Assembly (NCBI GenBank): GCA_036677555.1
Contig: JAVBWG010000011.1
Span: 14,177 to 78,176, forward strand
Length of the DNA stretch: 64,000 nt
Direction: 5' to 3'
From: Methanomassiliicoccales archaeon
Lineage (GTDB): Archaea > Thermoplasmatota > Thermoplasmata > Methanomassiliicoccales > UBA472
Below, piece after piece: positions 46,549 through 56,050 of this stretch; positions within the stretch are counted from its first letter, which is position 1; every line of letters begins with the position of its first letter. Under the pieces are notes generated by a model, which was not told where the DNA came from, ran no database searches, and saw only the letters and a program-made list of their open reading frames with translations. The position numbers were made by a program, and so were the translations under genes.

Positions 46549-47336
46549 TTCTCTCTGACCCCCTGCACGTACTTCAGGACGGTCTCGTCGCTCCACACCT
46601 TTATGTCGAGGTTGCGGAAGTAGCGGTTGATGTTCTTGACGTCCCTCTTCAGGAACTCGATGGCGTTGGGGTGGTCGGTCAGCATGGCCTGGCCACAGTC
46701 TATGATGTAAGGCACGCCATCATGCATCAGGATGTTGTACTCGCTGAGGTCGCCGTGCACCAGCTTGGCCTTCTGGAACATCCGTTTCATGAAACGGATT
46801 ATTTCCCGATAGACCTTCTGCGGCTGGTCCAGGCGAACCGAGCGCAGCTGCGGGGCGGCCATCACCTCATCCCCGAGATAGTCCATGACGATGACGTTCT
46901 TCATGAACCGCCTCGGATGCGGAACGCGCACCCCTGCCTGCTCCAGCCGGTTCAGGTTCTTGAACTCCTTTGTGCACCAGGCGTAGATGAGCTTGCGCGG
47001 GTTGCCCGTCAGCCCCTTGAAGCGGGTGTCGCCCTCGATGTACTTGGCGATGTTCTTGAAGGTGGCGTTCGAGGTGCGGTAGATCTTGAGCGCCACAAGC
47101 GTCCCGTCCGGGGCCGTGGCCCTGAAGACATTGCCTTCCTTGCCAGTGGAGATCGGAAAATCAACGCTGGCGATGCGCTTTTCACAGGTCAGCTTGAAAA
47201 TGACGCCCAGGGTGAGGTTGTCGAAGACCTCCTCCATGACCTTGCGGCCTTCCTGCGAGCTTTCAAAGGAACGGGTGAGACGGAGCTCCTCCACCTTCCG
47301 GTCCAGCTTGAGGATGTTCTTGTCCTCTTTTGGCAT
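46545..47336 (-). CDS. rio1: RIO-type serine/threonine protein kinase Rio1
   Basis: STGKEGNVF, LVHGDLSEYNIL, IDCGQA. Confidence 0.9.
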   Translation of the reverse strand: MPKEDKNILKLDRKVEELRLTRSFESSQEGRKVMEEVFDNLTLGVIFKLTCEKRIASVDFPISTGKEGNVFRATAPDGTLVALKIYRTSNATFKNIAKYIEGDTRFKGLTGNPRKLIYAWCTKEFKNLNRLEQAGVRVPHPRRFMKNVIVMDYLGDEVMAAPQLRSVRLDQPQKVYREIIRFMKRMFQKAKLVHGDLSEYNILMHDGVPYIIDCGQAMLTDHPNAIEFLKRDVKNINRYFRNLDIKVWSDETVLKYVQGVREK

Positions 47337-47343
47337 ATCTCCC

Positions 47344-47685
47344 TCAGAATATGTCCAAGTTCTTCGGCAGAACCTTCTTGCGGCTCAGATGGCTCGCTTG
47401 GGTTTTGGTGTAACGGTAGAGGACGTCGCACTTGTCCTCCTGGAAGTCCCAGGGGCGGACTATGACGAGATCGCCTTCGCGGATCCACATCCTCTTCTTT
47501 ATCTTCCCCGGAATACGGCCCATGCGGGACTTTCCATCGGCGCACATGATCTTGATGCGGGATGCGCCCAGCAGCTGGTCCGCTATCCCGAACATCTCGC
47601 CCTCCTTCTTGTTCGGGTACGGGAGGCGAAGAATCTCCTCGCTCTCAGCGCCTTGGTCCCCCTGGGTGTAAGGTTCGTTGCTCAA
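47344..47685 (-). CDS. eif1a: Translation initiation factor aIF-1A
   Basis: GKIKKRMWIREGDLVIVRPWDF S1/OB core. TTG 47685 is preceded by GGAGG; the track ATG at 47736 would add 17 aa. Confidence 0.85.
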   Translation of the reverse strand: MSNEPYTQGDQGAESEEILRLPYPNKKEGEMFGIADQLLGASRIKIMCADGKSRMGRIPGKIKKRMWIREGDLVIVRPWDFQEDKCDVLYRYTKTQASHLSRKKVLPKNLDIF

Positions 47686-47785
47686 TGGAAGCCTCCAATG
47701 GTAAGTTTCCTTTAAACCCGTTCCTCTATATAACATTGGTGTAACAGGGGCAAGTCGGCGGCCTGTCTGGAACGGGAGCCCGGGT

Positions 47786-48616
47786 TCACTCCAGAGCGTG
47801 CTGGATTATCTTCGTCATATCGTCGACGTTATACGCAGTTCCGCAGTACGAGCAGAACTTCAACCCTTCCTTCTTGGAGTCCTTGTCGATGGTGATGCTT
47901 GCCCCGCACGAGGAGCACTTGTACGGGATGGCGAGGCCTTTCGTTCCCACCTGGTCGATCAGCTCGTTCATGTCGACGGTGATGTGCTTGACCACCTTCT
48001 GGTCGTCCAGGCGGCGCATTCGTCCCGCTTCTTCCCAGAAACGGTATTTTTCCATGATGACCGCGGCCTTCTCGAAGTTGCCGGCCTTTTCCATATTGCG
48101 GGCCATGACGAGCTCGTCTATCATGGACTCTTCGGGCAGCTTGTTCGGGTTATCCGCCTTCCAGGACCTGATCAGCTTGCCGATCCAGGGGTCCCCGTTC
48201 TCCAGGCCCTCGACCTTGGCCTGGAAAGCGTAGGCCTGCGCTTCCTGCTTTGCCCTGGCCATCTCAGCCGCGTCTGCCTGCTCACGGGCGATGACGGATA
48301 CGCAGTCCTTGCAGGCCAGTACGCCTCCGCTCTTATGCCTCTTCTCAATGGCCGGGACGATGAAGGCCATCATTATGGGCATGCCGATGATGAGCAGAAT
48401 GAACGAGATCGCGATGTACTCCAGGCCGAAGGGCATGATCGGCTCCAAGAAAGACAACTTCTCCCGCATCCAGTCGTCTCCGGAGACCAGCAGGTTGAAG
48501 AAGAACATGGCGAAGAGATAGATGGCGTAGAGGGCGGCGAACGCTTTGATGGCCATCAGACCTACGAACGGCTTTCCGCACTTGGAGCAGGAACTCTTAC
48601 CCTTGTTAGCTGCCAC
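47786..48616 (-). CDS. Membrane protein with N- and C-terminal zinc ribbons (hypothetical)
   Basis: CSKCGKPF, two or three helices, C-terminal CSSCGASI...CSYCGTAY. Confidence 0.55.
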   Translation of the reverse strand: MAANKGKSSCSKCGKPFVGLMAIKAFAALYAIYLFAMFFFNLLVSGDDWMREKLSFLEPIMPFGLEYIAISFILLIIGMPIMMAFIVPAIEKRHKSGGVLACKDCVSVIAREQADAAEMARAKQEAQAYAFQAKVEGLENGDPWIGKLIRSWKADNPNKLPEESMIDELVMARNMEKAGNFEKAAVIMEKYRFWEEAGRMRRLDDQKVVKHITVDMNELIDQVGTKGLAIPYKCSSCGASITIDKDSKKEGLKFCSYCGTAYNVDDMTKIIQHALE

Positions 48617-48746
48617 GGAGAAAGGAGAGAGATATGTCGCTTAATAATGATTATCTACTATCCGAAGATGAGAATGGACAAGATCATTGAACCCCGTGGT
48701 TCATGATCGATGCTCGAGGATGACTGGTCTTCCCCACTTCGCCAAT

Positions 48747-48756
48747 CTTTAAGTAA
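48747..48756 (+). promoter_or_regulatory. TATA-like element upstream of tRNA-Glu
   Basis: CTTTAAGTAA lies about 25-34 nt before tRNA position 1. Confidence 0.4.
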
Positions 48757-48780
48757 TTAGTCAAATATCAAGCGCCACCC

Positions 48781-48880
48781 GCTCCCGTAGTGTAGTCCGG
48801 CCAATCATTCCGCCCTTTCGACATCGCTGAAAGGCGGTGGAAGGTAGGCGAAGACCCGGGTTCGAATCCCGGCGGGAGCA
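48781..48880 (+). tRNA. tRNA-Glu (anticodon UUC) with 25-nt intron at the canonical 37/38 position (about 48821..48845)
   Basis: GCTCCCG acceptor pairs with CGGGAGC-A. T arm is CCGGG-TTCGAAT-CCCGG. Anticodon arm is CCGCC-CTTTCG[intron]A-GGCGA. The intron folds as ATCGCT-GAAA-GGCGGT, and TTTC:GGAA forms a central helix flanked by 3-nt bulges. Confidence 0.8.
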
Positions 48881-48881
48881 C

Positions 48882-48887
48882 TTTTTT
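48882..48887 (+). terminator. Oligo-T tract after tRNA-Glu
   Basis: T6 begins 2 nt after the discriminator base. Confidence 0.45.
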
Positions 48888-48928
48888 ACCGTCAAAAAAT
48901 TGATATAGCCAGACGTCTTTTTCGTATC

Positions 48929-49525
48929 ATGGAAGGCCTGAAAAAAACGTCAGACAAAACGTCGGACAAGAGGGCTTCCGGCCGCCCTAATCAGGGCAAG
49001 ACGGAGACGATAAGGCAGCGGAAGATAGACGTTTATCTGCCTACGGTGGAGCTCATGCAGCAGTGGAAGAAGGCGGCCGAGGTCTCGGGCATGCCTCTGT
49101 CGAAATACATCCTGGAGGTGGTGGAGCAGCATCGCATGGGTGCGGTGAGGGTCACCATGCCCCCGGCTTTGCTTGAAGAAAAAGCCAACAAGCTGGAGAA
49201 GGAGCTGGCAGCCTTGCAGATGCGTTTCGATACGTTGAACTTGGCCTTCCACAACCAGGAGGTCGAGCTTTCTCGGCTGTCCAGTGCCTATCAGAGCGCC
49301 AAGGGCGGAAGCGTGGACGTCACTATGGTCAGGAGTTTGATCCAGGTATTACAAAGAGGTCCGAAGGGTGGCATGCACATAATCGACCTGATGGAATCGA
49401 TGCAGTTCGACAAGAACGACAACGACAAGATCAATAGATGGAGCGACGGACTGAACTTCCTTATGGACATAGAACTGGTTGGAAAGGACGAACGTGGGAA
49501 CCTGCGGTGGAAGGATGCGCGCTGA
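48929..49525 (+). CDS. Island-encoded hypothetical protein with ribbon-helix-helix-like segment
   Basis: KIDVYLPTVELMQQWKKAAEVSGMPLSKYILEVV (RHH-like), a coiled-coil middle, and a C-terminal wHTH-like region. Its end overlaps the integrase start. Confidence 0.5.
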   Translation: MEGLKKTSDKTSDKRASGRPNQGKTETIRQRKIDVYLPTVELMQQWKKAAEVSGMPLSKYILEVVEQHRMGAVRVTMPPALLEEKANKLEKELAALQMRFDTLNLAFHNQEVELSRLSSAYQSAKGGSVDVTMVRSLIQVLQRGPKGGMHIIDLMESMQFDKNDNDKINRWSDGLNFLMDIELVGKDERGNLRWKDAR

Positions 49526-50510
49526 AGTGAGCGAAAAGCGGGAGATGATGAGCAGCGCCCTTCTCGACCCGGACATGTTCGACTTGCTGGACAGCTTCAG
49601 GACCGAATGCAACCTGCAGGGAATGAGCAAGAGCTCAACGACCAGTTACGTTTCGTCGATGCGCATCTTCATGTTCTTTTTGATGTCCAAGCGCAAGACG
49701 GTCTTCGAGGTGGACAAGGACGTTCTGAAGTCGTACATTGACTACCTGATCAACCAAAGGAAGATCGCCTACCGGACGCTGAGCTATAACTTCTCCGCCC
49801 TGGCGGCGTTCTATGAATGGTTGCTGTTCGAGAACAAGATAAAGGAGAACCCGGTGCAGGCAGTTCGGAAACGGTATTTGAAGCGGTACAAGAACGGGGA
49901 AGGAATGCAGCAGGAAGGCCGCAAGCTTATCTCCGTGGAGGAGATGGCCATGCTCGTAAGGTCGATTGTCAGTTTGCTCGACCGGGCGATCGTGGTCACC
50001 CTGGCCAAGACCGGGGTGAGAAGAGGCGAGCTAATCAGTATGGACGTGGACGACATCGATTGGCAGAAGATGTCCATCAAGCTCAAGCCCACGGCCAAGA
50101 GAAGTAACCGGTTGGTGTTCTTTGACGAAGAAGCAAAGCAGGTACTGATGGAATGGATGAGCATGCGCCGATTGTACGCTCGTCCCGATTCTAAAGCGCT
50201 CTTCATTAGCCAGAGCGGTGGAAGGCTGAACAAGAACCATGTCTACGATATCGTGGTCCTGCACGCGGGACTGGTCGGTCTACACGACGCAAGCTCGGAC
50301 AAGCTGGATGAGCATTTCACACCGCACTGTTGCCGCCACTGGTTTACAACCCACCTAAGAAGGGCAGGGATGCAGCGTGAGCATATACAGGAGCTCAGAG
50401 GGGACTCGCGTCCGGACGCTATTGACATCTACTACCATATCGACCCGGAGGACCTCCGGTTGGCCTATCTGGCGTTCATACCGAAGTTGGGACTGTGTTC
50501 AACGAGGTGA
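49515..50510 (+). CDS. Tyrosine recombinase / phage-type integrase (XerC/D-like)
   Basis: SAM-like N-domain (YVSSMRIFMFFL). Catalytic residues GVRRGE, HCCRHWF (HxxR), IDIYYH (Tyr). ATG 49515 is preferred over the track start at 49479. Confidence 0.9.
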   Translation: MRAEVSEKREMMSSALLDPDMFDLLDSFRTECNLQGMSKSSTTSYVSSMRIFMFFLMSKRKTVFEVDKDVLKSYIDYLINQRKIAYRTLSYNFSALAAFYEWLLFENKIKENPVQAVRKRYLKRYKNGEGMQQEGRKLISVEEMAMLVRSIVSLLDRAIVVTLAKTGVRRGELISMDVDDIDWQKMSIKLKPTAKRSNRLVFFDEEAKQVLMEWMSMRRLYARPDSKALFISQSGGRLNKNHVYDIVVLHAGLVGLHDASSDKLDEHFTPHCCRHWFTTHLRRAGMQREHIQELRGDSRPDAIDIYYHIDPEDLRLAYLAFIPKLGLCSTR

Positions 50511-51214
50511 TATTATGGGAAAGAGCCAGAAGACAGGAAAAATAGTGAACGTTGACTAAGAGCAACTTGAGATCAGAGATGTCGTTTCTATTGAATAGTA
50601 TGATGTTCACGCGTATGAGAGAATTGAACTTAGCGATATCGATGAGCCCGAAGCGACCCGTCGCTGGGGTGCGGTCATCTGCTAGGGACAGAAATTCTTG
50701 TTCATCCAGAGTTCGACACTTGATCCAGTTAAAAAAATTATATGAGTTCGATAATGCTTTTTGCTAGATGCTACAGCGTCCAGCATTAGCTCATCAACCA
50801 AACCGTTTGAATTTCTCCAACATCAACTATCAAGGTCGGGAGAAACGGTGCTTTCGATGGGCAAAGGACTGAAAAAGCGGTTCTACTCGAACTTCAACGA
50901 TGTCAACAAGGCCTATTTTGGCTGAATATCTGTCGGGACGTAATAGAAAACACCCGATTTTGGGCGTTTTCGATGAAGTTCGGGCCTCAAAGGTCATCTG
51001 TTAAATTCTAAAACCAGTAAAATTTCGCTCGGTCAACTGCCTAAGTCGGGCATTGAGGTTGAGTTTAATAATCGAGAGGAAAGGGAAAGTGACGTTTAGA
51101 AATGATACGCGCAAATTGAAAAATTGGGATTTTATGCGCTCATAATTTATCAATATGTATAATATTAATTATAATTATATAACGATATTTTACATATCAA
51201 TTGAACCGTGTGGA

Positions 51215-51880
51215 CTAATTGGGTGGGAGGATTTGAACACCAATTTTTCTACATATAAAATACATGGCTAAAGCTTCATAGTTATTGAAAGTCTGTGATC
51301 CCATGGTCGATTCTGGCTCTTCCGAATTCCATTTATAATCAAAATCATGTTTCGCCATTCTATATAAAGTATTAATTTTCCATAAATATTGAATCAAATC
51401 GGAATTTAGCAGCTCCTTTTTTTCAATCGCACTAATTATTGTTCCCATTGGTTTTTTTTCGGCACCTTTAATTTGTTTACCAAATATTTTTTTTAAAACT
51501 TGTTCGATATGGGCACAGCTCATCTCTACCGAACTCCTAGATCTGGGTTCCCACCAAACTTGAATTGAATCCCTTAAAGCATACTGAAGAGGTCTATAGA
51601 TCGGGCGATCTTCAATATTGTATTTTCCAGTGAATCGTTTTCCATCTGAATAAAATAAATCTAGAACACCTTTTCCACCGATCTTATTTTCCAATGGAAT
51701 CATGATATTTTTAAGGATATCCATATCGGCAAATCGATCTCTTGAACCACAATTCAATCGCATTCCAGATAAGGATTTTCTTTTGTGGTACAATAATGTG
51801 ATAAGTACGCGATCTTCCCCATTAAATAATCTATCAAGAAGATAGTTAATTTCTTCATATTTTATTTTTGAATAGGTTAT
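51215..51880 (-). CDS. AT-rich small protein of unknown function (possible HEPN/DUF4145-like C-terminus); start codon uncertain
   Basis: The track ORF starts at TTG 51793. The frame stays open to 51888 and reads ...KYEEINYLLDRLFNGEDRVLITLLYHKRK. A GGAGGGG motif precedes an ATA codon at 51880. The C-terminal LIQYLWKINTLYRMAKHD is HEPN-like. Confidence 0.45.
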   Translation of the reverse strand: MTYSKIKYEEINYLLDRLFNGEDRVLITLLYHKRKSLSGMRLNCGSRDRFADMDILKNIMIPLENKIGGKGVLDLFYSDGKRFTGKYNIEDRPIYRPLQYALRDSIQVWWEPRSRSSVEMSCAHIEQVLKKIFGKQIKGAEKKPMGTIISAIEKKELLNSDLIQYLWKINTLYRMAKHDFDYKWNSEEPESTMGSQTFNNYEALAMYFICRKIGVQILPPN

Positions 51881-51976
51881 GGCAGCCCCTCCAATATTTC
51901 AATTTTATAAAGGAAAGAAATAACCGACAATAGACCGCTCCATTTAGAGATATATCTTTTCCAATTAGACTATGAC

Positions 51977-54900
51977 TTATTTTAGTTCTAATCCAGAGTT
52001 CACCTTTCTCAGCAGTTCATTGATTTTCGCTAGATCCTCTTTATTCTTCACTTTGGCGACATCCACTCGAAGGTGAAGCTTCAGATCGATATCGGGGTGT
52101 TGTCCGATGATGTCCGCGATAGCTTCGCTCAGGTTCTGCAAGTCTCCTATGGTGAGGTCCGCGTTTCCACTAAGGCCGCGTGGTCCAGGAACGGGTGTGG
52201 TTGATTTCGCAATCTTAAAAAATACGTTCTTAGATGCGCCCTCATCGCAGGGCCAAGAGGTCGAACCGGGAATAACTTCTATTAATCGCACCCGGACAGC
52301 CCCATCGATGGCCTCTCGTACGGTCTTCCACGGAAGATTGACCCGATGTTTTTTGGATAGAAAGAGGGCGACTGAATAGGCTGAAGCTTGTTCATCTTTC
52401 CACGCTTCATTCAAGTTTGGTGGAGTGATATCGAGGGTCTTGATCGGTTCAGGTGGCTGTCTGAGGCGAGCATCATCAGATAGCAAGCCGAGCGGGACCT
52501 CCTGTTCAAGCAGTGAAGCCGGTCCTGAGAGCATCCAAATATACCCCGCCTCGATGGCTTCCTTGATAGCGACTTCGACCACATCGGGAGGGGCCATTGG
52601 AATATGCATGCTTTCTTCAAAGCCGGATCGAGGCACCTTGATCGTCTTCGTCCCATCGAAGAGGTCCTTCACATCCTTAATCGAGATCTCTTCCCTCGAC
52701 CACAAACCGGTCAGTTCATCTCGGGCGAACATGCTTGATCGGATCGAAGTTAATTCCGCGAATTGTGGCAGGACAAGCTCCAGGCTAGGTTCCCTGAGAT
52801 CCGCCTCGCCAGGTGATTCTTTCCAAAAGGTCCTGATAGAGCGGTCTGGCCTCGTTAGGCGCAATACGAACTCACCCTGCAGCACGCCCTGCACCAAGGT
52901 GTCTAGGACCTCCTTACGCCTCAGCATCTTCGGTAGATGAGGGAACTGGGCGAACATACCAATGATATCGCTGACCCTTCTCGATTTGTCCCCCACTTTC
53001 CAGATGTCATATGGACCGTCAGGCAACAATGCCGAAGAGGTGATCGCCTGGTCCATGATCCTTGCCTTTTTCTCTGCCTTGATGGTTGCGAAGAGATCCG
53101 CACCGACGTTGATCTTGAAGGCGATGACATCGTTCTTCTCTGAAACGGTGACCACGATACAATATGCCTGAGCAATAGCCTCTGGCACGGACTTCTTAGA
53201 TCCATCCACATACGCGGAGACAGTGCTGAGGCGGCTCTCCCTGTCATCCCCTTTAACCTGTATTTGGGAGCGCACCTCATCCCAAGCGAGATAGTCCTTG
53301 ATCTTGTCCCGAGCACTTTGCAAAAGGTCCTTCGCCGGAGTGAGGATTATGATCGCGTTACGATATACGCGCGGTCGGTCCTCTGATGTCGTCTCATTGA
53401 TGAAGCGGGACGCCTCTGCGCTAGGCTTGCCGACCTCTGAAAAAGAGCGCGGCCCTAGAATTACTAGCTGGAGCTCACCGATATCCGCCACATCTGAAGG
53501 CCGTTCCGGCATATTGTAGACCTTAAGCCCAGAAGGTACGCCCGCCGTCAATGACCTGACACGCTTAGCGGTCTCATCGACCAGTCTGGATTCGACGAGG
53601 TCCGGAGATATCCGCACCAGCGCGTCGTCGTGCATGTGTTTGAGATTCGGCCTAGTGCCCAGCCTCCAGTTCTCCGGAAGCTCGTTCTTTCCACCGATGG
53701 CACTTTCCTCATCCAAGAACCAGGACTTATGGGTCCATGATAGCAGCGATTTCTGCAGATCGATCTTGTCCGGTCTGGAAGTACCGAGCATCACCATCAG
53801 ATCATGAGTTCGAGCTTTACGACCGATAGGTTGTGAATGTAAGAAGGTCGTGAAGACCGCCTGTTCCACCTCACGATGTCTGATTCCGGGCTGTTCGACC
53901 TGTATGCTCTTGGCCTTCTCAAGCTCGCCTTCGATTATCTTTGCCCATTCCTGCCTAGGGCCCTCAAAATCATCCGAGGCAGCGACTCCAGTCAGCTCCC
54001 TGGCTGCTTCGCTAAGTCCCTGCTTCTCTGGTTCTGCCAGGAAGACACTGACGCCGACCAAGGGTGAAGTGTCCCATTTACTCGCATCCCTCAGTGCTAA
54101 TGCGAACGTACGTAGAATACCCCTCGTCTTCTGGAAACCGTCCAAGCTGGTCCATTTGGTATAGAAAACATCCGTGAGTTCGGGGTGGAACGGATAGTTG
54201 TCGAGATATCGTTTCTCTGCGATCGCGCCTTCTTTCCGTGTCTCTTCGTCCAACTCAGCGATGCCTTTGAGAGCTTCGACCACCTGCGGTTTGAACGTAG
54301 AAGGATCCTTAATGGATTCGGGCTCAAAGAACCTGCGTCTGAGAATCTCCGCCACGTCGTCGCGACTGACCGGCTGCACACCTTCTTCTTTCTCACGACG
54401 GAAGATGTTGCCCATGTCATGGAGGAGCTCTTTACCCAGGTGGTCGCTCTTCTTGGGGTCAGTAGCTAAAAGCGATGCGATCAGTGCGCAGTTGGGTAGC
54501 TTGGTAGCGGCCTGTGTGAGACACTGGAAGAAGTTGAGAAGATTGTTCTTCCACTCGGGGTCCTGCGCCACCTTGACACGTGCGTACATCAAGACCTCGT
54601 CCAACAGAACGAGCGAGGCTAAACCATTCTTGGATGGAAGGGCGAGTATTTCCTTCAATAAAGGTTCGGCTGGATACTCCTCCCGCTCCTCCACTGATGA
54701 TGAGCCACTGAGGATCTTCAGCCCGGCGTCACCGCCGAGCTGGTAGGCCAGGATGCTCCAAGGATGTTTCAGCATGCGCGTCTTTCCATCTGGCCCCCTG
54801 GTCTTGACACCTACGAGCAGGTCGATCTTGTCAAAGACCAGAACGGCCATCCTAGCCCGGGGTAGTTGGACACCGATATGTGAACGAAAATCGAGAACGG

Positions 54901-55246
54901 AAGGTATGTCTGGAAGGCATTCTGGATCATTGAAGAGATGGTATAGGGTGATCAAGGTGTGGGTCTTGCCTCCACCGTAGGTGAGCTCCAACTGCCTTAC
55001 CGCCTTATCGTTCTGACCTGCCAACCGCAATGCCACGTCCTTGGCCAGTTCCCTCATGTTGTATGTCGGGTAAGTAAAGGCGAAGAATTTCTTGGGATCG
55101 CGGTATAAATCGGTACCTTCGTCCATTACAACATCATAGAGGTCGGCTGCGAACTGGGATAGGGAGAGGTCCCCATTCTTGAGGTCCTCACTCAACCTGA
55201 CAACCTGATGCCACGGCTTCCAATTGCTCTTGTTCCGCTCTTTCAT
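51977..55246 (-). CDS. DUF499-type P-loop ATPase (COG1483-like)
   Basis: FAADLYDV...FFAFTYPT...LELTYGGGKTHTL (Walker A), LVLLDEVLMY (Walker B). ATG 55246 has GGAGGT 7 nt upstream. Confidence 0.85.
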   Translation of the reverse strand: MKERNKSNWKPWHQVVRLSEDLKNGDLSLSQFAADLYDVVMDEGTDLYRDPKKFFAFTYPTYNMRELAKDVALRLAGQNDKAVRQLELTYGGGKTHTLITLYHLFNDPECLPDIPSVLDFRSHIGVQLPRARMAVLVFDKIDLLVGVKTRGPDGKTRMLKHPWSILAYQLGGDAGLKILSGSSSVEEREEYPAEPLLKEILALPSKNGLASLVLLDEVLMYARVKVAQDPEWKNNLLNFFQCLTQAATKLPNCALIASLLATDPKKSDHLGKELLHDMGNIFRREKEEGVQPVSRDDVAEILRRRFFEPESIKDPSTFKPQVVEALKGIAELDEETRKEGAIAEKRYLDNYPFHPELTDVFYTKWTSLDGFQKTRGILRTFALALRDASKWDTSPLVGVSVFLAEPEKQGLSEAARELTGVAASDDFEGPRQEWAKIIEGELEKAKSIQVEQPGIRHREVEQAVFTTFLHSQPIGRKARTHDLMVMLGTSRPDKIDLQKSLLSWTHKSWFLDEESAIGGKNELPENWRLGTRPNLKHMHDDALVRISPDLVESRLVDETAKRVRSLTAGVPSGLKVYNMPERPSDVADIGELQLVILGPRSFSEVGKPSAEASRFINETTSEDRPRVYRNAIIILTPAKDLLQSARDKIKDYLAWDEVRSQIQVKGDDRESRLSTVSAYVDGSKKSVPEAIAQAYCIVVTVSEKNDVIAFKINVGADLFATIKAEKKARIMDQAITSSALLPDGPYDIWKVGDKSRRVSDIIGMFAQFPHLPKMLRRKEVLDTLVQGVLQGEFVLRLTRPDRSIRTFWKESPGEADLREPSLELVLPQFAELTSIRSSMFARDELTGLWSREEISIKDVKDLFDGTKTIKVPRSGFEESMHIPMAPPDVVEVAIKEAIEAGYIWMLSGPASLLEQEVPLGLLSDDARLRQPPEPIKTLDITPPNLNEAWKDEQASAYSVALFLSKKHRVNLPWKTVREAIDGAVRVRLIEVIPGSTSWPCDEGASKNVFFKIAKSTTPVPGPRGLSGNADLTIGDLQNLSEAIADIIGQHPDIDLKLHLRVDVAKVKNKEDLAKINELLRKVNSGLELK

Positions 55247-55250
55247 CTCT

Positions 55251-56050
55251 TCAACCTCCAAAATTTGATAAATCCCTGGGTGCGCTTACCGCGCCACCCC
55301 TGGATATGATATGATTGCTGATGCTCTCCAACAAGCTTCTTTCCTCGTCTCCTTCCTTGGAGAGTTCTATTATCGCTTGCAGGATATGATGGAACGTTTT
55401 ATTCTTCAACAGCCCGTTCCCATCTAGATATTCATCGACCTTCGCCATGTCACCGTCTTTCCACAGATGCATGAGTTTATGCATTCGATCGATCATCGGA
55501 GCAGGCCGGCCATTGTTGTCCAAACCAAGAGTTTTACCAACGCGTTTGTTCCATTGTTTCAATCTAAGGGCGCTACTGGTGCCTTCCTCGAAGACATCCT
55601 CTTCTAGAACATCGCCTTCACCCTCATCCGGTTCTTCTATTCCTCCCGACCTGAGGAGTACATCATACTCACCTACGAGGGCACTATCCGAAAGGTCGCA
55701 GGATACCGCATAAAGAATGCAAGAACCGGCCGGTGCATCCCCAAATCCAAAGTCGTGACGATGCAACAAGTAGTAAGTTGTGATATTATCAAGGTCGCGG
55801 TCTCGTTCACCATCTTCACCTAGGACCCGTCCAACAACGAAGTCCATTACAATTCGTCTCACCTCGACGAGAAATTCTGAAACTGTCATGATTTGACCGG
55901 GATTGTCGGCCTTTTTTACAACTGAGTGCTTACTGTATGCCTCGAGCGCAGGACCCGTAGCAGCCCAGATAAAGTCAGGACCGCGAATTCCAGAATCCCA
56001 ATACTCACGAAGACGAAGCTGAATGTTAGAACGCATTTCTTCCAAGACCT
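55251..56050. repeat. About 0.8-kb high-identity direct repeat with 58321-59125 (3' ends of the two methyltransferase genes)
   Basis: The C-terminal 265 codons align without gaps until the acidic linker and have few substitutions (VLEEMRSNIQLRLREYWD...SISNHIISRGGAV). Confidence 0.8.

Noticed and set aside
48811-48850. Alternative readings of the intron-containing tRNA (Arg-UCG anticodon, or two short introns using the internal GGCGG)
   Set aside because: The Glu-UUC model gives a 7-nt loop with U33 and a purine at position 37, a 4-nt variable region, and a canonical 37/38 intron with BHB geometry. The body also resembles archaeal tRNA-Glu. The alternatives need mismatched stems or an 18-nt variable region.
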